DNA of 62,121 nucleotides, from positions 1 to 62,121 of the forward strand of contig JADGRB010000002.1 in NCBI GenBank assembly GCA_017881315.1. Direction: 5' to 3'. The notes under the pieces are model-generated. The model saw only the letters and a program-made list of their open reading frames with translations. It did not search any database and was not told the origin of the DNA. The translations under genes and the position numbers were made by a program. This DNA comes from Pseudomonadota bacterium. Its GTDB lineage: Bacteria > Myxococcota_A > Polyangia > Fen-1088. Every line of letters starts with the position of its first letter. Positions within the stretch are counted from its first letter, which is position 1. Positions 36,674-45,812 of this stretch are shown piece by piece.

Positions 36674-37900
36674 CTAGACCGCGCTGCCGCGCCAGCTCAG
36701 CTTGAGGTTGAACCAGTAGTTCCAGACCGTGACGATCGCGATCGCGATCAAGTTCGCCAGGTAACGATTGACGTGCAGCAGGTTGAACTGGAGGTTCAGC
36801 AGCACGACGTTCAACGTGAGGCCGATGCCGCAAATGATGTTGAATTTGATGAAGCGGCGAAGCTTGAAGCGGGCACCTTTCTGGTGTCCAACCAGATCGC
36901 GGAACGTCCAGACGTCGTTCCAGAGGAAGTTGTTGACGATGGCGAGCTCCGCGGCGGCCACCTTCGATCGCGTGAGGCCGAAACCGAGGCTGTGGGGATC
37001 GCTCAGGAAGAAGAGCGCCGCCATGTCGACCACCACCCCCGACAGCCCCACCAGTGCGAAGCGGATGAACCGCGCGGCGGCCGGCGTGGTGAGACGGAGT
37101 CGGACCAGATGGCGCAGGTACTGGGGGTAAAGCCGCCAGGTGACCTTGCTCTCCCCCGCGGTCCGTTCTCGAAACACGTAGCCGACCTCGGCGATCGATC
37201 GGATCTTTCCCCGACCGATGACCTCGAGAAGAATCTTGTAGCCGAGGGGGCTGAGCGCGGCGCCCGCGATCGCGCTGCGCCTCACCATGAAGTATCCACT
37301 CATCGGATCGCTGACCCGCCCGAGCACGCCGGGGAGCAGCAAGAGGCCCACGAACTGCGCGCCCCGGGAGAGGATCCGGCGGGGTAAGCTCCAGTCGCTG
37401 ACGCCGCCCCCCTCGACGTGACGGCTGCCCACCGCCAGATCGACGTGGTCTTCCAGAGCGGCGAAGAGCTTGACCGTCACCTCCGGCGGGTGCTGCAGGT
37501 CTGCGTCGATGACCGCCAGGATCTCCCCCCGCGCGGCCTGCCATCCGCGAATCACCGCGGTCGACAGCCCCTTTTCGCCCTGTCGGCGAATCACGCGGAC
37601 CCGGGGGTTGCTGACGGCGATCTCGGCGGCCACCTCCCAGGTGCGGTCCGGGCTGTCGTCGTCCACGACGATGAGCTCGTATTTGTCGCCAACGACCGGG
37701 TCGAGCAGCGCCGTGAGCTGCTTGACCAGCTCGCCGACGTTCTTGCATTCGTTGTAGGTCGGGATGACCAGCGACAGGCGAATCGACGAAGCGGCGTCCG
37801 GGGGGACGGACGGAATCACCAGAGGGCCGCTGGGGCAAGCGATCAACGCCCGATTCGTGGGTGCGGTCGGTGGATTCGACTCGGGCGCGACGCCACTCAT
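36674..37900 (-). CDS. polyprenyl-phosphate glycosyltransferase (Dpm1/GtrB-like GT2) fused to a GtrA-like membrane domain
   Basis: Blocks: LSLVIPTYNE, LIVVDDDSPDRT, AVIDADLQHPPE, DPMSGYFMVRR. A 4-TM C-terminus follows (FALVGLSGVVVDMA...NNFLWNDVWTF...WNYWFN). Confidence 0.85.
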   Translation of the reverse strand: MSGVAPESNPPTAPTNRALIACPSGPLVIPSVPPDAASSIRLSLVIPTYNECKNVGELVKQLTALLDPVVGDKYELIVVDDDSPDRTWEVAAEIAVSNPRVRVIRRQGEKGLSTAVIRGWQAARGEILAVIDADLQHPPEVTVKLFAALEDHVDLAVGSRHVEGGGVSDWSLPRRILSRGAQFVGLLLLPGVLGRVSDPMSGYFMVRRSAIAGAALSPLGYKILLEVIGRGKIRSIAEVGYVFRERTAGESKVTWRLYPQYLRHLVRLRLTTPAAARFIRFALVGLSGVVVDMAALFFLSDPHSLGFGLTRSKVAAAELAIVNNFLWNDVWTFRDLVGHQKGARFKLRRFIKFNIICGIGLTLNVVLLNLQFNLLHVNRYLANLIAIAIVTVWNYWFNLKLSWRGSAV

Positions 37901-37979
37901 GGAGGGGCGTCGACCATACTTGAGACCTCAGCGTGAAGCAATCGCGCGCTCGGGCGGGCGGGGACTGCGCCAGCGGGGA

Positions 37980-39500
37980 CTATCGGGCGACGGAGCGGCG
38001 GGCCGCGAGCTTGTACGATCCCAACCAGAGCGCGGACAGAACGGCGAAGATGGCGGCCCCTTCGACGAAGGCATCCAGGTGGACGTTGGCGATCGGCAGG
38101 TGCAGCTGCCGGTAGCCGGTTCGCACCAGGAGCCCCAGCCCGACCGTGAGCGCGATACCGACCGAAAATCGAAAATCCTGCTGCACGGGACGGAGCCCGA
38201 ACCGGATGCAGGCCTGGGCCGACACCGCGTAACGGACCAGCTCAGACAACGAGAGCGCGAGGATGGCGGCAGAAAATCCGAACAGTCGCGCGCCGATGGG
38301 GAGGAGAACCAGCATTCCGATCAGCTTGGCGGCGTTGCCGAAGGCCAACCATTTGGGCTTGCCCAGCGCCAGCAGGGCGTAGCTGTTGGTGCTCTCGCAG
38401 GCGGCGACCCAGGACCCGATGGCGAGCAGCGGAACGATCAGGCCCGCTTCGGCGGCGCGCCGATCGTAGAGAAAACGGATCAGCGTCGGACCGCCCGCCA
38501 TCAGGCACGCGAAGAGCCACCCGGCCGCAAAGAGCAGCGGCCGGCGCACCTCGCGGAACGAATCGGGCACCGAGCCACCCTGTTCATTCACCCGGCTGAA
38601 CAGCGGGAACAGCACGGTGTTCGACAGATGGCTGATGATGAAGCTGGGGAAGGTCGCCCAGACCAGCGCGATGCTGTAGACGCCCAGCCGGTCTATCGAT
38701 ACCAGCTTTCCGAAGATGAGCCGGTCGGAGTACGAGGCCAAGAACGTGAGGATCGTGCTCAAGAAGATCCAGCGGCCGAAGTGGGATACGGCCCGGACGG
38801 TGTCTCGATCCCAGGCGAACCAATTCCGAATTCCCGGCAGGATCTTGAAGCTGAGCACCAGTCGAATGAGCGGCGAAACGACGGAGCCGACTGCGAGCCC
38901 CCATACCGAATGGGTGTAGTAGCTCCAAACGATCATCACAACGAGACTTCCGCATTGGCTCACGATATCCACCAACGTCAGACGCTTGATGGCGAGCCGC
39001 CGGCTGGCGGTGAAGAGATTGGTCGAGTTGAACGCGCTGACGCCGAAGCCGAGCGCCACCAGAGGGACCAGCTTGGCGAGCGAGGGCTGGTGATAGAACC
39101 GCGCGACCGGAATGGCGGCGATGCAGGCCAGGAAGCAGATCGCCAGCCCGCGCAGGATCTGGAGCGTCCAGATCGTGTTGAGGAACTTCGGATCTTCCCC
39201 CCGCTCGTGCTGCACGACGCTCTGCCCGATCCCGATGTCGGAGAACATGGCCAGCCCCTGGATGAACACGTTCACGATGGCCATCAGCCCGAACGCGTCC
39301 GGGTACAGCAGTCGCCAGAGAATGAAGTTGCTGCCGAGCCGGAGCGAGTATCCGACGGCGTAATTGACGAGCGCCCAGGCCGACCCGCGCGCGAACAACT
39401 TCTTGAACGCGCGCTCCTCCGCGGCCTTCACGGCCCCGACGGAAGGTGCGGCAGGCAGGGCCGCGGGCTCGGGCGCGGAAGGAACGCTCGGGTCGCTCAA
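37980..39500 (-). CDS. Wzx-type oligosaccharide flippase (MOP superfamily)
   Basis: 506 aa with about 12-14 TM segments. N-terminal AWALVNYAVGYSLRLGSNFILWRLLYPDAFGLMAIV. Confidence 0.8.
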   Translation of the reverse strand: MSDPSVPSAPEPAALPAAPSVGAVKAAEERAFKKLFARGSAWALVNYAVGYSLRLGSNFILWRLLYPDAFGLMAIVNVFIQGLAMFSDIGIGQSVVQHERGEDPKFLNTIWTLQILRGLAICFLACIAAIPVARFYHQPSLAKLVPLVALGFGVSAFNSTNLFTASRRLAIKRLTLVDIVSQCGSLVVMIVWSYYTHSVWGLAVGSVVSPLIRLVLSFKILPGIRNWFAWDRDTVRAVSHFGRWIFLSTILTFLASYSDRLIFGKLVSIDRLGVYSIALVWATFPSFIISHLSNTVLFPLFSRVNEQGGSVPDSFREVRRPLLFAAGWLFACLMAGGPTLIRFLYDRRAAEAGLIVPLLAIGSWVAACESTNSYALLALGKPKWLAFGNAAKLIGMLVLLPIGARLFGFSAAILALSLSELVRYAVSAQACIRFGLRPVQQDFRFSVGIALTVGLGLLVRTGYRQLHLPIANVHLDAFVEGAAIFAVLSALWLGSYKLAARRSVAR

Positions 39501-39560
39501 CGGCGCAATACCGTCGCAATCAGGTCGTGAAGCCAGAGCAAGGCGGGCGCGACCTCGGGC

Positions 39561-40397
39561 TCAACCCGGACGGATCCGGGCCTTGGCCCAGGATTTGACC
39601 TGGTCGACCCTTTTCGAAACCCTCTGCCAGGTCTTCTCGAGCGGCATGTAGAGAAAGCCCCGCAGCTTCTCGTTCGGGCGGGCGCGGAAGACCGTCGAGT
39701 GAAATTCACTCCAGCCCGGCGGCGGCTCGAGCGTGTAGTAGTACGCGGCGAACGACTGACGGACACACTCCGCCGAGGGGCCGACCGGGAAAACGCCGTG
39801 ATAGCTGATGTCGCTGGTCTCGAAGATCACGCAGCGGTTCAGCAGCGGGATCGAACGGAAGTGGCAAACCTTGACGTCCTTGTCCCACAGCTCGATGTGC
39901 CCGCCCCACTCCTCCCGCCAGACGGGATTCAGGTAGAGCAGGATGTTCAGCCGCCGGAAGAGCTTTCGTTCTTCCAGCAGATTGAAATCGACGTGCACGT
40001 CGAGCCGACCGCCCGGGCCGGTCAGGTGCATCCCGCCACCCGCGAGCTGGTCATCCGCGAGCAGGCGGGGAATTCCGGTGATGTATTCGAGGTCCGCCAG
40101 AAACTGCGGCGACGAAATGGCGTCGCTGAGCCGGCGCACCGGGCCGGGGAACTTGCCCTGGTCGGTGATCTGGAACTTCTTCTGCTCGTTGACGAAGTTG
40201 AATCCGAAGCCCTGCGCCTGCGCGGTCTCGAACGACGGATACGCGGCCGCCACCTCCTTGGCAAACTCCGGATCCAGGAAGTTGTCGATGGCGACAAACG
40301 GGAACGGCTGCGCGGTCCGAAACTGTTCGCGCAAAGCTTCGCGATCCAGCTTGTTGATCATCCCGTTAGAACTAACACAACTCTCGCCACGGCGCAT
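39561..40397 (-). CDS. 2-oxoglutarate/Fe(II)-dependent oxygenase superfamily protein
   Basis: HxD in LDVHVDFN, distal His in DISYHGV, candidate 2OG Arg in VRQSFAAYYY. The start may be MINKLD at 40361. Confidence 0.7.
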   Translation of the reverse strand: MRRGESCVSSNGMINKLDREALREQFRTAQPFPFVAIDNFLDPEFAKEVAAAYPSFETAQAQGFGFNFVNEQKKFQITDQGKFPGPVRRLSDAISSPQFLADLEYITGIPRLLADDQLAGGGMHLTGPGGRLDVHVDFNLLEERKLFRRLNILLYLNPVWREEWGGHIELWDKDVKVCHFRSIPLLNRCVIFETSDISYHGVFPVGPSAECVRQSFAAYYYTLEPPPGWSEFHSTVFRARPNEKLRGFLYMPLEKTWQRVSKRVDQVKSWAKARIRPG

Positions 40398-40465
40398 CTG
40401 GCCGACCGGACCGGGCGATCGATTTCACGGTTCGTCGAGCGCGTCCTCGTGACGCGCCGTGGAGC

Positions 40466-41644
40466 TCAGAGCGGGGGCAGCGGCGGCAAAGGTGGATTGC
40501 TCGGCTCGAGCTGCATCAGCTTGCGCTCGACGATCTCCTGGATGACGACCTGAGGATGAATCCGGTCGATCGGCTCCACGGCGAATTCGTCCTGCCACAA
40601 GTAGAGGCCGGTCCCGAAGCTCTCGGCCAGCCAGGGGAGCAGGCTGCTGAAGAACGAGTCGCGGAACACCACGACCGCCGGAAGATCCGTTCCGCGCGCC
40701 GAGACGGCGACGGGCCTGACGTCGTCCTGCTCCACGGCCGCCAGGCCCAGCGGCCTTGTGGGCGTGAGGTCCAGCCGCCGTTCCCGAAAGACATCCCGGA
40801 TGCCGATCTGTCTGGTCAGATCCATCCCCTCGGTGTCCCGCTCGGTGCGCTCGAAGCGATCCCAGGGCAAGGCGGTCGCGCCCGACACGGAGGCCGGCAC
40901 GGCCGCCATGATCGCCCGGTACGCCCGGAACGCGCCGCGATCGTTCCAGTGCGTGTCGGTCTTGTGGTAGAGGCGCTCCTCGCCCTTCGCCGCCGTCAAG
41001 ACGCCGCGCAGATCGACCAGGCGAACGTCGGAGTGACCCCGCAGGTAGGTCACCAGCTGGTCGAGTCGGGACTCCGGCGCCACCTGCGTCAACAGCTCCG
41101 GCATCATCTCGCCGTAGATCGTCTCCTTGTTGGGGGCGACGACGAAGAGATAGGCGGCGCCCCGCGCGGCCAGCCAGTTCCGCCGCGCCTCCAGGACCTG
41201 CCGCCACCGTTCGAGCTCGGCCGGGGTGAACAGCTCGGTGTGGCGGTAATAGTCTGTGGAGCGTTCATTCGCCAGGAACAGCCAGCCCTCCTTACCTCGG
41301 GTGACGTCGGGATTGGGGAGGACCCCCAGCAGGCGCAGGCAGAGGAGCCCATGCAGGCGGATGAGCGTGTCGCGAAAGCCGAAATGGTCGGCGAAGTAGT
41401 AGCGGAAGGTCCCCGGGAACGACGCGAGCTCGCGGGGCCGGAGCACCAGGCGCGGTCGCTCGGCGAGATGGCGATTCTCCGACAGCTTCGGACCGCGATC
41501 GAGGTGCAGGATCATGGACCCGAGCGGCGTCGCCAGCGCGAGCAAGAACAGCAGCACCCGGATCGTGTCGCGCCTCCGGTGGCCGGCGGAACTGGCGCCC
41601 GGCGGGAGCGAATGCGACAGCGGAGTGTAGGTGGCTGCGACCAC
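40466..41644 (-). CDS. AlgJ/AlgX-like periplasmic SGNH-type O-acetyltransferase
   Basis: N-terminal membrane anchor. LYHKTDTHWNDRGAFRAY (D-x-H-W motif). It lies 4 nt downstream of the MBOAT gene. Confidence 0.7.
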   Translation of the reverse strand: MVAATYTPLSHSLPPGASSAGHRRRDTIRVLLFLLALATPLGSMILHLDRGPKLSENRHLAERPRLVLRPRELASFPGTFRYYFADHFGFRDTLIRLHGLLCLRLLGVLPNPDVTRGKEGWLFLANERSTDYYRHTELFTPAELERWRQVLEARRNWLAARGAAYLFVVAPNKETIYGEMMPELLTQVAPESRLDQLVTYLRGHSDVRLVDLRGVLTAAKGEERLYHKTDTHWNDRGAFRAYRAIMAAVPASVSGATALPWDRFERTERDTEGMDLTRQIGIRDVFRERRLDLTPTRPLGLAAVEQDDVRPVAVSARGTDLPAVVVFRDSFFSSLLPWLAESFGTGLYLWQDEFAVEPIDRIHPQVVIQEIVERKLMQLEPSNPPLPPLPPL

Positions 41645-41648
41645 GGGC

Positions 41649-43109
41649 CTAGAACCTGAAATAGATGAACGGGCTGTAAGTTCCGGCCGCCGACAACATG
41701 GCCGACAGGAAGAAGACCACCGCCAGGCAGGCCAATCCCCCGGCCTCCGCCGTCGCCACCAGGAGCGCGCGCCCGCCGCCGGACGCGGACAGCGTGGGCG
41801 CGAGCCGCCGGCTCACCGCGCTCGCCAACCCGGGGAGGAGCGGCGCGGCCCCGATCACGCCAGCGATGAGCGCGAGGGTGAGCCGCGGATCGGCATAGAG
41901 GGCCGGGAAGTACTCTCGCCCGCTCGCGCCCGACAGCCCCGCCATCGCCCGCAGGACGCCCAGCGCCCGCGTCAGGGTGTCGGCCCGGAAGAACACCCAG
42001 CCGACCAGGATCACGACCAGCGCGTAGGCGTGCCGCACAAACGACGGGCAGCGCAGCAGGAGACGGCCGAGGCCCACGCGTTCCAGGATCAAGAAAGCGC
42101 CGTGGAAGAGGCCCCACACCACGAACGCCCAGCTCGCCCCGTGCCACAGCCCGCACAGGAAGAACACCACCAGCAGGTTGCGGTAGGTGCGGGCGGCGCC
42201 GGCCCGATTACCGCCGAGGGGCACGTAGAGGTAGTCGCGGAACCAGCCCGACAGCGTCATGTGCCAGCGCCGCCAGAACTCGGTGATGGAGGCCGCGGCG
42301 TACGGATAGTTGAAGTTCTCCGGGAACACGAAGCCGAACATGCGCCCGATGCCGATGGCCATGTCGGAGTAGCCGGAGAAGTCGAAGTAGATCTGGATCG
42401 CGTAACAGACGACGGCCAGCCAGGCGACGCTGGAGGTCAGCGAGCCGGTCGGCGCCGCGAAGATCTGGTCTGTTACCCGCGCGACCGTATTGGCGATCAG
42501 CATCTTCTTGCCGAACCCCAGCACGAAACGCCGCACCCCCTCCGAGAAAGCGGAAAGCGTTTCCCGGCGACCCTCGAATTGGTCCGCAATCAGCTTGTAA
42601 CGAATGATCGGTCCCGCAATGAGCTGGGGGAACAGGGTGATGTAGAGCGAAAAGCTGGCCAGGCCGCGCATGGCCCGCACCTCGCGCCGGTAGATGTCGA
42701 TCAGATAGCTGAGCGCGTGGAACGTGAAGAACGAGATGCCGACCGGGAGATGGAGATCGGGCACCGCCAACGTCGGCCCGGAAACCAGGGCGAGCCCCTT
42801 GTTGAGGTTGATGACGATGAAGTCGGCGTACTTGAAGACCGCGAGACCGTCCAGATTGACGGCGATCCCCGCGATCAGCAGCAGCCGGCGCGCCCGCACG
42901 CTCCGGGGGCGGTCCAGCGCCAGCCCCATCCCGTAGTTGAACAGGATGGACGCCACCATCACCAGGACGAAGAACTGCTCGCCGACGGCGTAGAAATACA
43001 GGCTGCCGACCAGCAGCACCAGGTTCCGCAGCGAGCGCGGCGCCAGATAATAGAGCGCCAGCACCACCGGCAGGAACAGAAATAGAAAACTAGGCTCGGT
43101 GAAGAGCAT
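41649..43109 (-). CDS. MBOAT-family membrane O-acyltransferase (AlgI/DltB-like)
   Basis: Blocks: MLFTEPSFLFLFLPVVL, FDFSGYSDMAIG, FWRRWHMTLSGWFRDYLY, CGLWHGASWAFVVWGLFHG. Confidence 0.9.
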   Translation of the reverse strand: MLFTEPSFLFLFLPVVLALYYLAPRSLRNLVLLVGSLYFYAVGEQFFVLVMVASILFNYGMGLALDRPRSVRARRLLLIAGIAVNLDGLAVFKYADFIVINLNKGLALVSGPTLAVPDLHLPVGISFFTFHALSYLIDIYRREVRAMRGLASFSLYITLFPQLIAGPIIRYKLIADQFEGRRETLSAFSEGVRRFVLGFGKKMLIANTVARVTDQIFAAPTGSLTSSVAWLAVVCYAIQIYFDFSGYSDMAIGIGRMFGFVFPENFNYPYAAASITEFWRRWHMTLSGWFRDYLYVPLGGNRAGAARTYRNLLVVFFLCGLWHGASWAFVVWGLFHGAFLILERVGLGRLLLRCPSFVRHAYALVVILVGWVFFRADTLTRALGVLRAMAGLSGASGREYFPALYADPRLTLALIAGVIGAAPLLPGLASAVSRRLAPTLSASGGGRALLVATAEAGGLACLAVVFFLSAMLSAAGTYSPFIYFRF

Positions 43110-43127
43110 TTCCAGCGACGACCGTCG

Positions 43128-44645
43128 TCATTTCAGCGGGCGAATCTCCTTCACCAGAAGTGGCGCGTCCCCTCCCCAGAGACACTTCCCCCCTTTGCGC
43201 AGATCGAATCGCCAGCCGTGGGCGGTGCAGGTGAGCACGCCGCGTTCGATGACGGCGTACTCGAGATCGCGTCCCCGGTGGGGACAGAACCTCTGGCAGA
43301 CGTATTCCATCTGCTCGTCCTGGATGGTGATGAGCGCCGGGTCGACCCGACGCACCAGATCGAACAGAGCCTCGTCGTGACGATAGTCGAAATGGCTCAT
43401 CAACCGGGGAGAGGCCCGGTCGGGATCCCGATGGATCATCACCTTCTGACCCATCAGAAGATCGTGCCAGGACGCCTTCTGTTGCAGGACCAGGCTCATC
43501 CAGGCGCTCTCCAGCGTCAGGACGTAGCTGGCCGGCTCTTCACATTCGGTGAGATAGCGGAAGGGCTTCTTTCGAAAGTCGACCCACATCGACGGACCGT
43601 CGGACAGGTGGATCTGGACCATGAGGCCCAGGTTCCAGGTCATGTCCTCGAACTGGAACAGATCGCGCAGGTAAGAACGCAGCTCCTTGACCTCGACCGG
43701 CCCGGCCTGCGCGCGCAGCTCTGCCAGCTGATTCTCCCGGGCGGGAGCGCGGGCGCGGCGGTACGCCTCCAGATACTGCCGTTTGTCGGTGTAAGGCCGG
43801 TGTCCGTCGAATTGCCAGGCCCCGTCCTCCCCGACCGCGGCGTCTCCCGGGTAGAGGATCCGGAGGCGTTCGGCCAGCGCCGGCTCCGCGATCGCCGTCT
43901 TGGCCTGGAGCTCGTCGGTGTCGAAGAAGATGCTCCCGCCGAAGTTCAGCTCGAAGCCGCGGTCGTCGAGGAAACAGGGCGGTCCGCCCGGGATCAGGTA
44001 GCGCGCCCCGACCTCCACGGCGGCGCCGACGAAGCGCCGGAAGATCTCCGCCACCTCTTCCCCGACGTGCGCCTTCATCTGATCCGGCGAAAAGTCGTAA
44101 GCCGACGGGAAATAGGAGGCACCCGAAGATTGAACGAAGTGCACCGACGGCTTAATGGCCGCCAGCCGCGCCAACGTCGCGGCGTCGAGCGGGCAGTCAT
44201 TCTGGTTTAGGATGACCTCACCGTCGAGCTCGAGGACCAAGGCGGCGGCCAGGATATGTCGCGTCGACGCGCTCACCACGGTGAGCCGCGCGCCGCCACC
44301 CAGTTCCAGCGGCTGCCAGTCGGGAAGCTCCACCACCTCGGTGAATCCCAGCTGCGCGATCTGGTCCGCCAGGACGCGCGACGGAAACGCTGGAATGACC
44401 ACCCGCACCGTCTTGGGAAACCCGCCCAGCGTCTCGAGGTCGCAGTGATCGGGGCGGGGACTGCTGATGAAGAGCGTGGGCGTGTCGTGGAGATCCTTCG
44501 CCGCGAGATGGCCGTTGTCGGGAAACGGATACCAGCTCCCCAGGTACGCGCCGCGCGCGGACAGCCAGGGATCACAGACGACGCGCGTCGCCCCCAGGCG
44601 GAGATCCAGACCAGCATGGCCGAGGAAGGTGATCGTCGATCTCAT
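43128..44645 (-). CDS. MBL-fold-like domain fused to a C-terminal Rieske [2Fe-2S] domain
   Basis: N-terminal ITFLGHAGLDLRLGATRVVCDPWL, with the metal motif degenerated to SSPRPDHCD. The C-terminus carries CPH-x16-CTAH (CPHRGRDLEYAVIERGVLTCTAHGW). Confidence 0.75.
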   Translation of the reverse strand: MRSTITFLGHAGLDLRLGATRVVCDPWLSARGAYLGSWYPFPDNGHLAAKDLHDTPTLFISSPRPDHCDLETLGGFPKTVRVVIPAFPSRVLADQIAQLGFTEVVELPDWQPLELGGGARLTVVSASTRHILAAALVLELDGEVILNQNDCPLDAATLARLAAIKPSVHFVQSSGASYFPSAYDFSPDQMKAHVGEEVAEIFRRFVGAAVEVGARYLIPGGPPCFLDDRGFELNFGGSIFFDTDELQAKTAIAEPALAERLRILYPGDAAVGEDGAWQFDGHRPYTDKRQYLEAYRRARAPARENQLAELRAQAGPVEVKELRSYLRDLFQFEDMTWNLGLMVQIHLSDGPSMWVDFRKKPFRYLTECEEPASYVLTLESAWMSLVLQQKASWHDLLMGQKVMIHRDPDRASPRLMSHFDYRHDEALFDLVRRVDPALITIQDEQMEYVCQRFCPHRGRDLEYAVIERGVLTCTAHGWRFDLRKGGKCLWGGDAPLLVKEIRPLK

Positions 44646-44671
44646 GCCGACCTGCTAAAAATGCAGCCGAT

Positions 44672-45265
44672 ATGACCCGCCTGATCGTGGCGCCGGTGAC
44701 CCTGGAAGGCCCGCGCCTCCGCCTCGAGCCGCTCACGACCGCCCATCACGCGGCGCTCTGCGCCGCCGGCCTCGACGATGAGCTGTGGCGCTGGGTTCCA
44801 GCCCCGGTGCGCACGCCCGAGGAGATGGCGGCCTACATCGCCTTCGCGCTCCAGGAGCAGGCGGGCGGCCGAGCCTTGCCGTTCGCCGTGGTCGAAAAAT
44901 CCAGCCAGCGGGTCATCGGCAGCACGCGCTACGGCGCCATCGAGCCCACCCACCGAAGGGTCGAGATCGGCTGGACCTGGCTGGGCCGTCCCTGGCAGCG
45001 TACGGCGGCCAACACCGAGGCGAAGTATCTCTTGCTCCAGCACGCCTTCGAGAGGCTGGGCTGCATCCGAGTCGAGCTCAAGACCGATTCTCTCAATGAA
45101 CGATCCCGCGCGGCCATCCAACGAATCGGGGCGCGCGAGGAGGGAATTCTCCGCAATCATATGATTACCGCCAGCGGGAGGATCCGACATACCGCCTACT
45201 ACAGCATCGTTGATTCCGAATGGCCGGAGGTAAAGGCGAGCCTCGAACAAAAGCTTGGCATGTGA
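44672..45265 (+). CDS. GNAT-family N-acetyltransferase (RimJ/RimL-like)
   Basis: 197 aa. Blocks: LRLEPLTTAHHAAL, RVEIGWTWLGRPWQRTAANTEAKYLLLQHAFERLGCIRVELKTDSLNERSRAAIQRIGA. Confidence 0.85.
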   Translation: MTRLIVAPVTLEGPRLRLEPLTTAHHAALCAAGLDDELWRWVPAPVRTPEEMAAYIAFALQEQAGGRALPFAVVEKSSQRVIGSTRYGAIEPTHRRVEIGWTWLGRPWQRTAANTEAKYLLLQHAFERLGCIRVELKTDSLNERSRAAIQRIGAREEGILRNHMITASGRIRHTAYYSIVDSEWPEVKASLEQKLGM

Positions 45266-45307
45266 TCCAAGCTGTCCAAGCTGGTCCGGTTGGCACGCCG
45301 GCGACCG

Positions 45308-45604
45308 TCAGCGAGCGGTCTCGGAAAACGCCTGCCCGAGCCGAACCAGATCGCCGAAGGTCGCGATCTCTCCCAGATTGATTCCGAGTCGCGTGGATTC
45401 CTCCGCGAGGTCGACGTTGAACTCCTCCCCCAGCCGGAGCATGAGCGAAACCAGGGAAAAGGAGTCCAACCCGATATCGTCGCGCAGCGACAGCCCCGGC
45501 CCGAGAGGCCGCTCCGCCGGGGGGTGCAGCGCGTACTCGAGAACCAGGTCGGTGATCTTGGACTCGACGGATTCGGCCGTAGCCGCCGCGCTCAGTTCAC
45601 CCAC
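45308..45604 (-). CDS. acyl/peptidyl carrier protein
   Basis: 98 aa with a GTG start. Phosphopantetheine-site motif DIGLDSFSLVSLMLRLGEEF. Confidence 0.8.
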   Translation of the reverse strand: MGELSAAATAESVESKITDLVLEYALHPPAERPLGPGLSLRDDIGLDSFSLVSLMLRLGEEFNVDLAEESTRLGINLGEIATFGDLVRLGQAFSETAR

Positions 45605-45782
45605 AGTTACCTACCTTTCCCGTCATATCTTCCAAGACCACTCTCTTTCGGAGGAGGCACCTTGATTCAGAGTCGAGGCGTCCGTGACATGTACGTCGAT
45701 TCGGAGATTTATTCCAGGTACTTTTTTGATGTCAGAACTCGAAAATACCCACTAATAACAGCGCGATTTCGCCTTCCGGCTA

Positions 45783-45812
45783 TTGACGGCAAATTCCCGA
45801 CTGCGGTAGTGT
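45783..45812 (+). promoter_or_regulatory. sigma70-like promoter candidate TTGACG-N18-TAGTGT, would give a leaderless transcript
   Basis: -35 at 45783-45788 and -10 at 45807-45812. The ATG at 45820 is 8 nt after the -10. Sits in a conspicuously AT-rich intergenic region. Confidence 0.35.
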
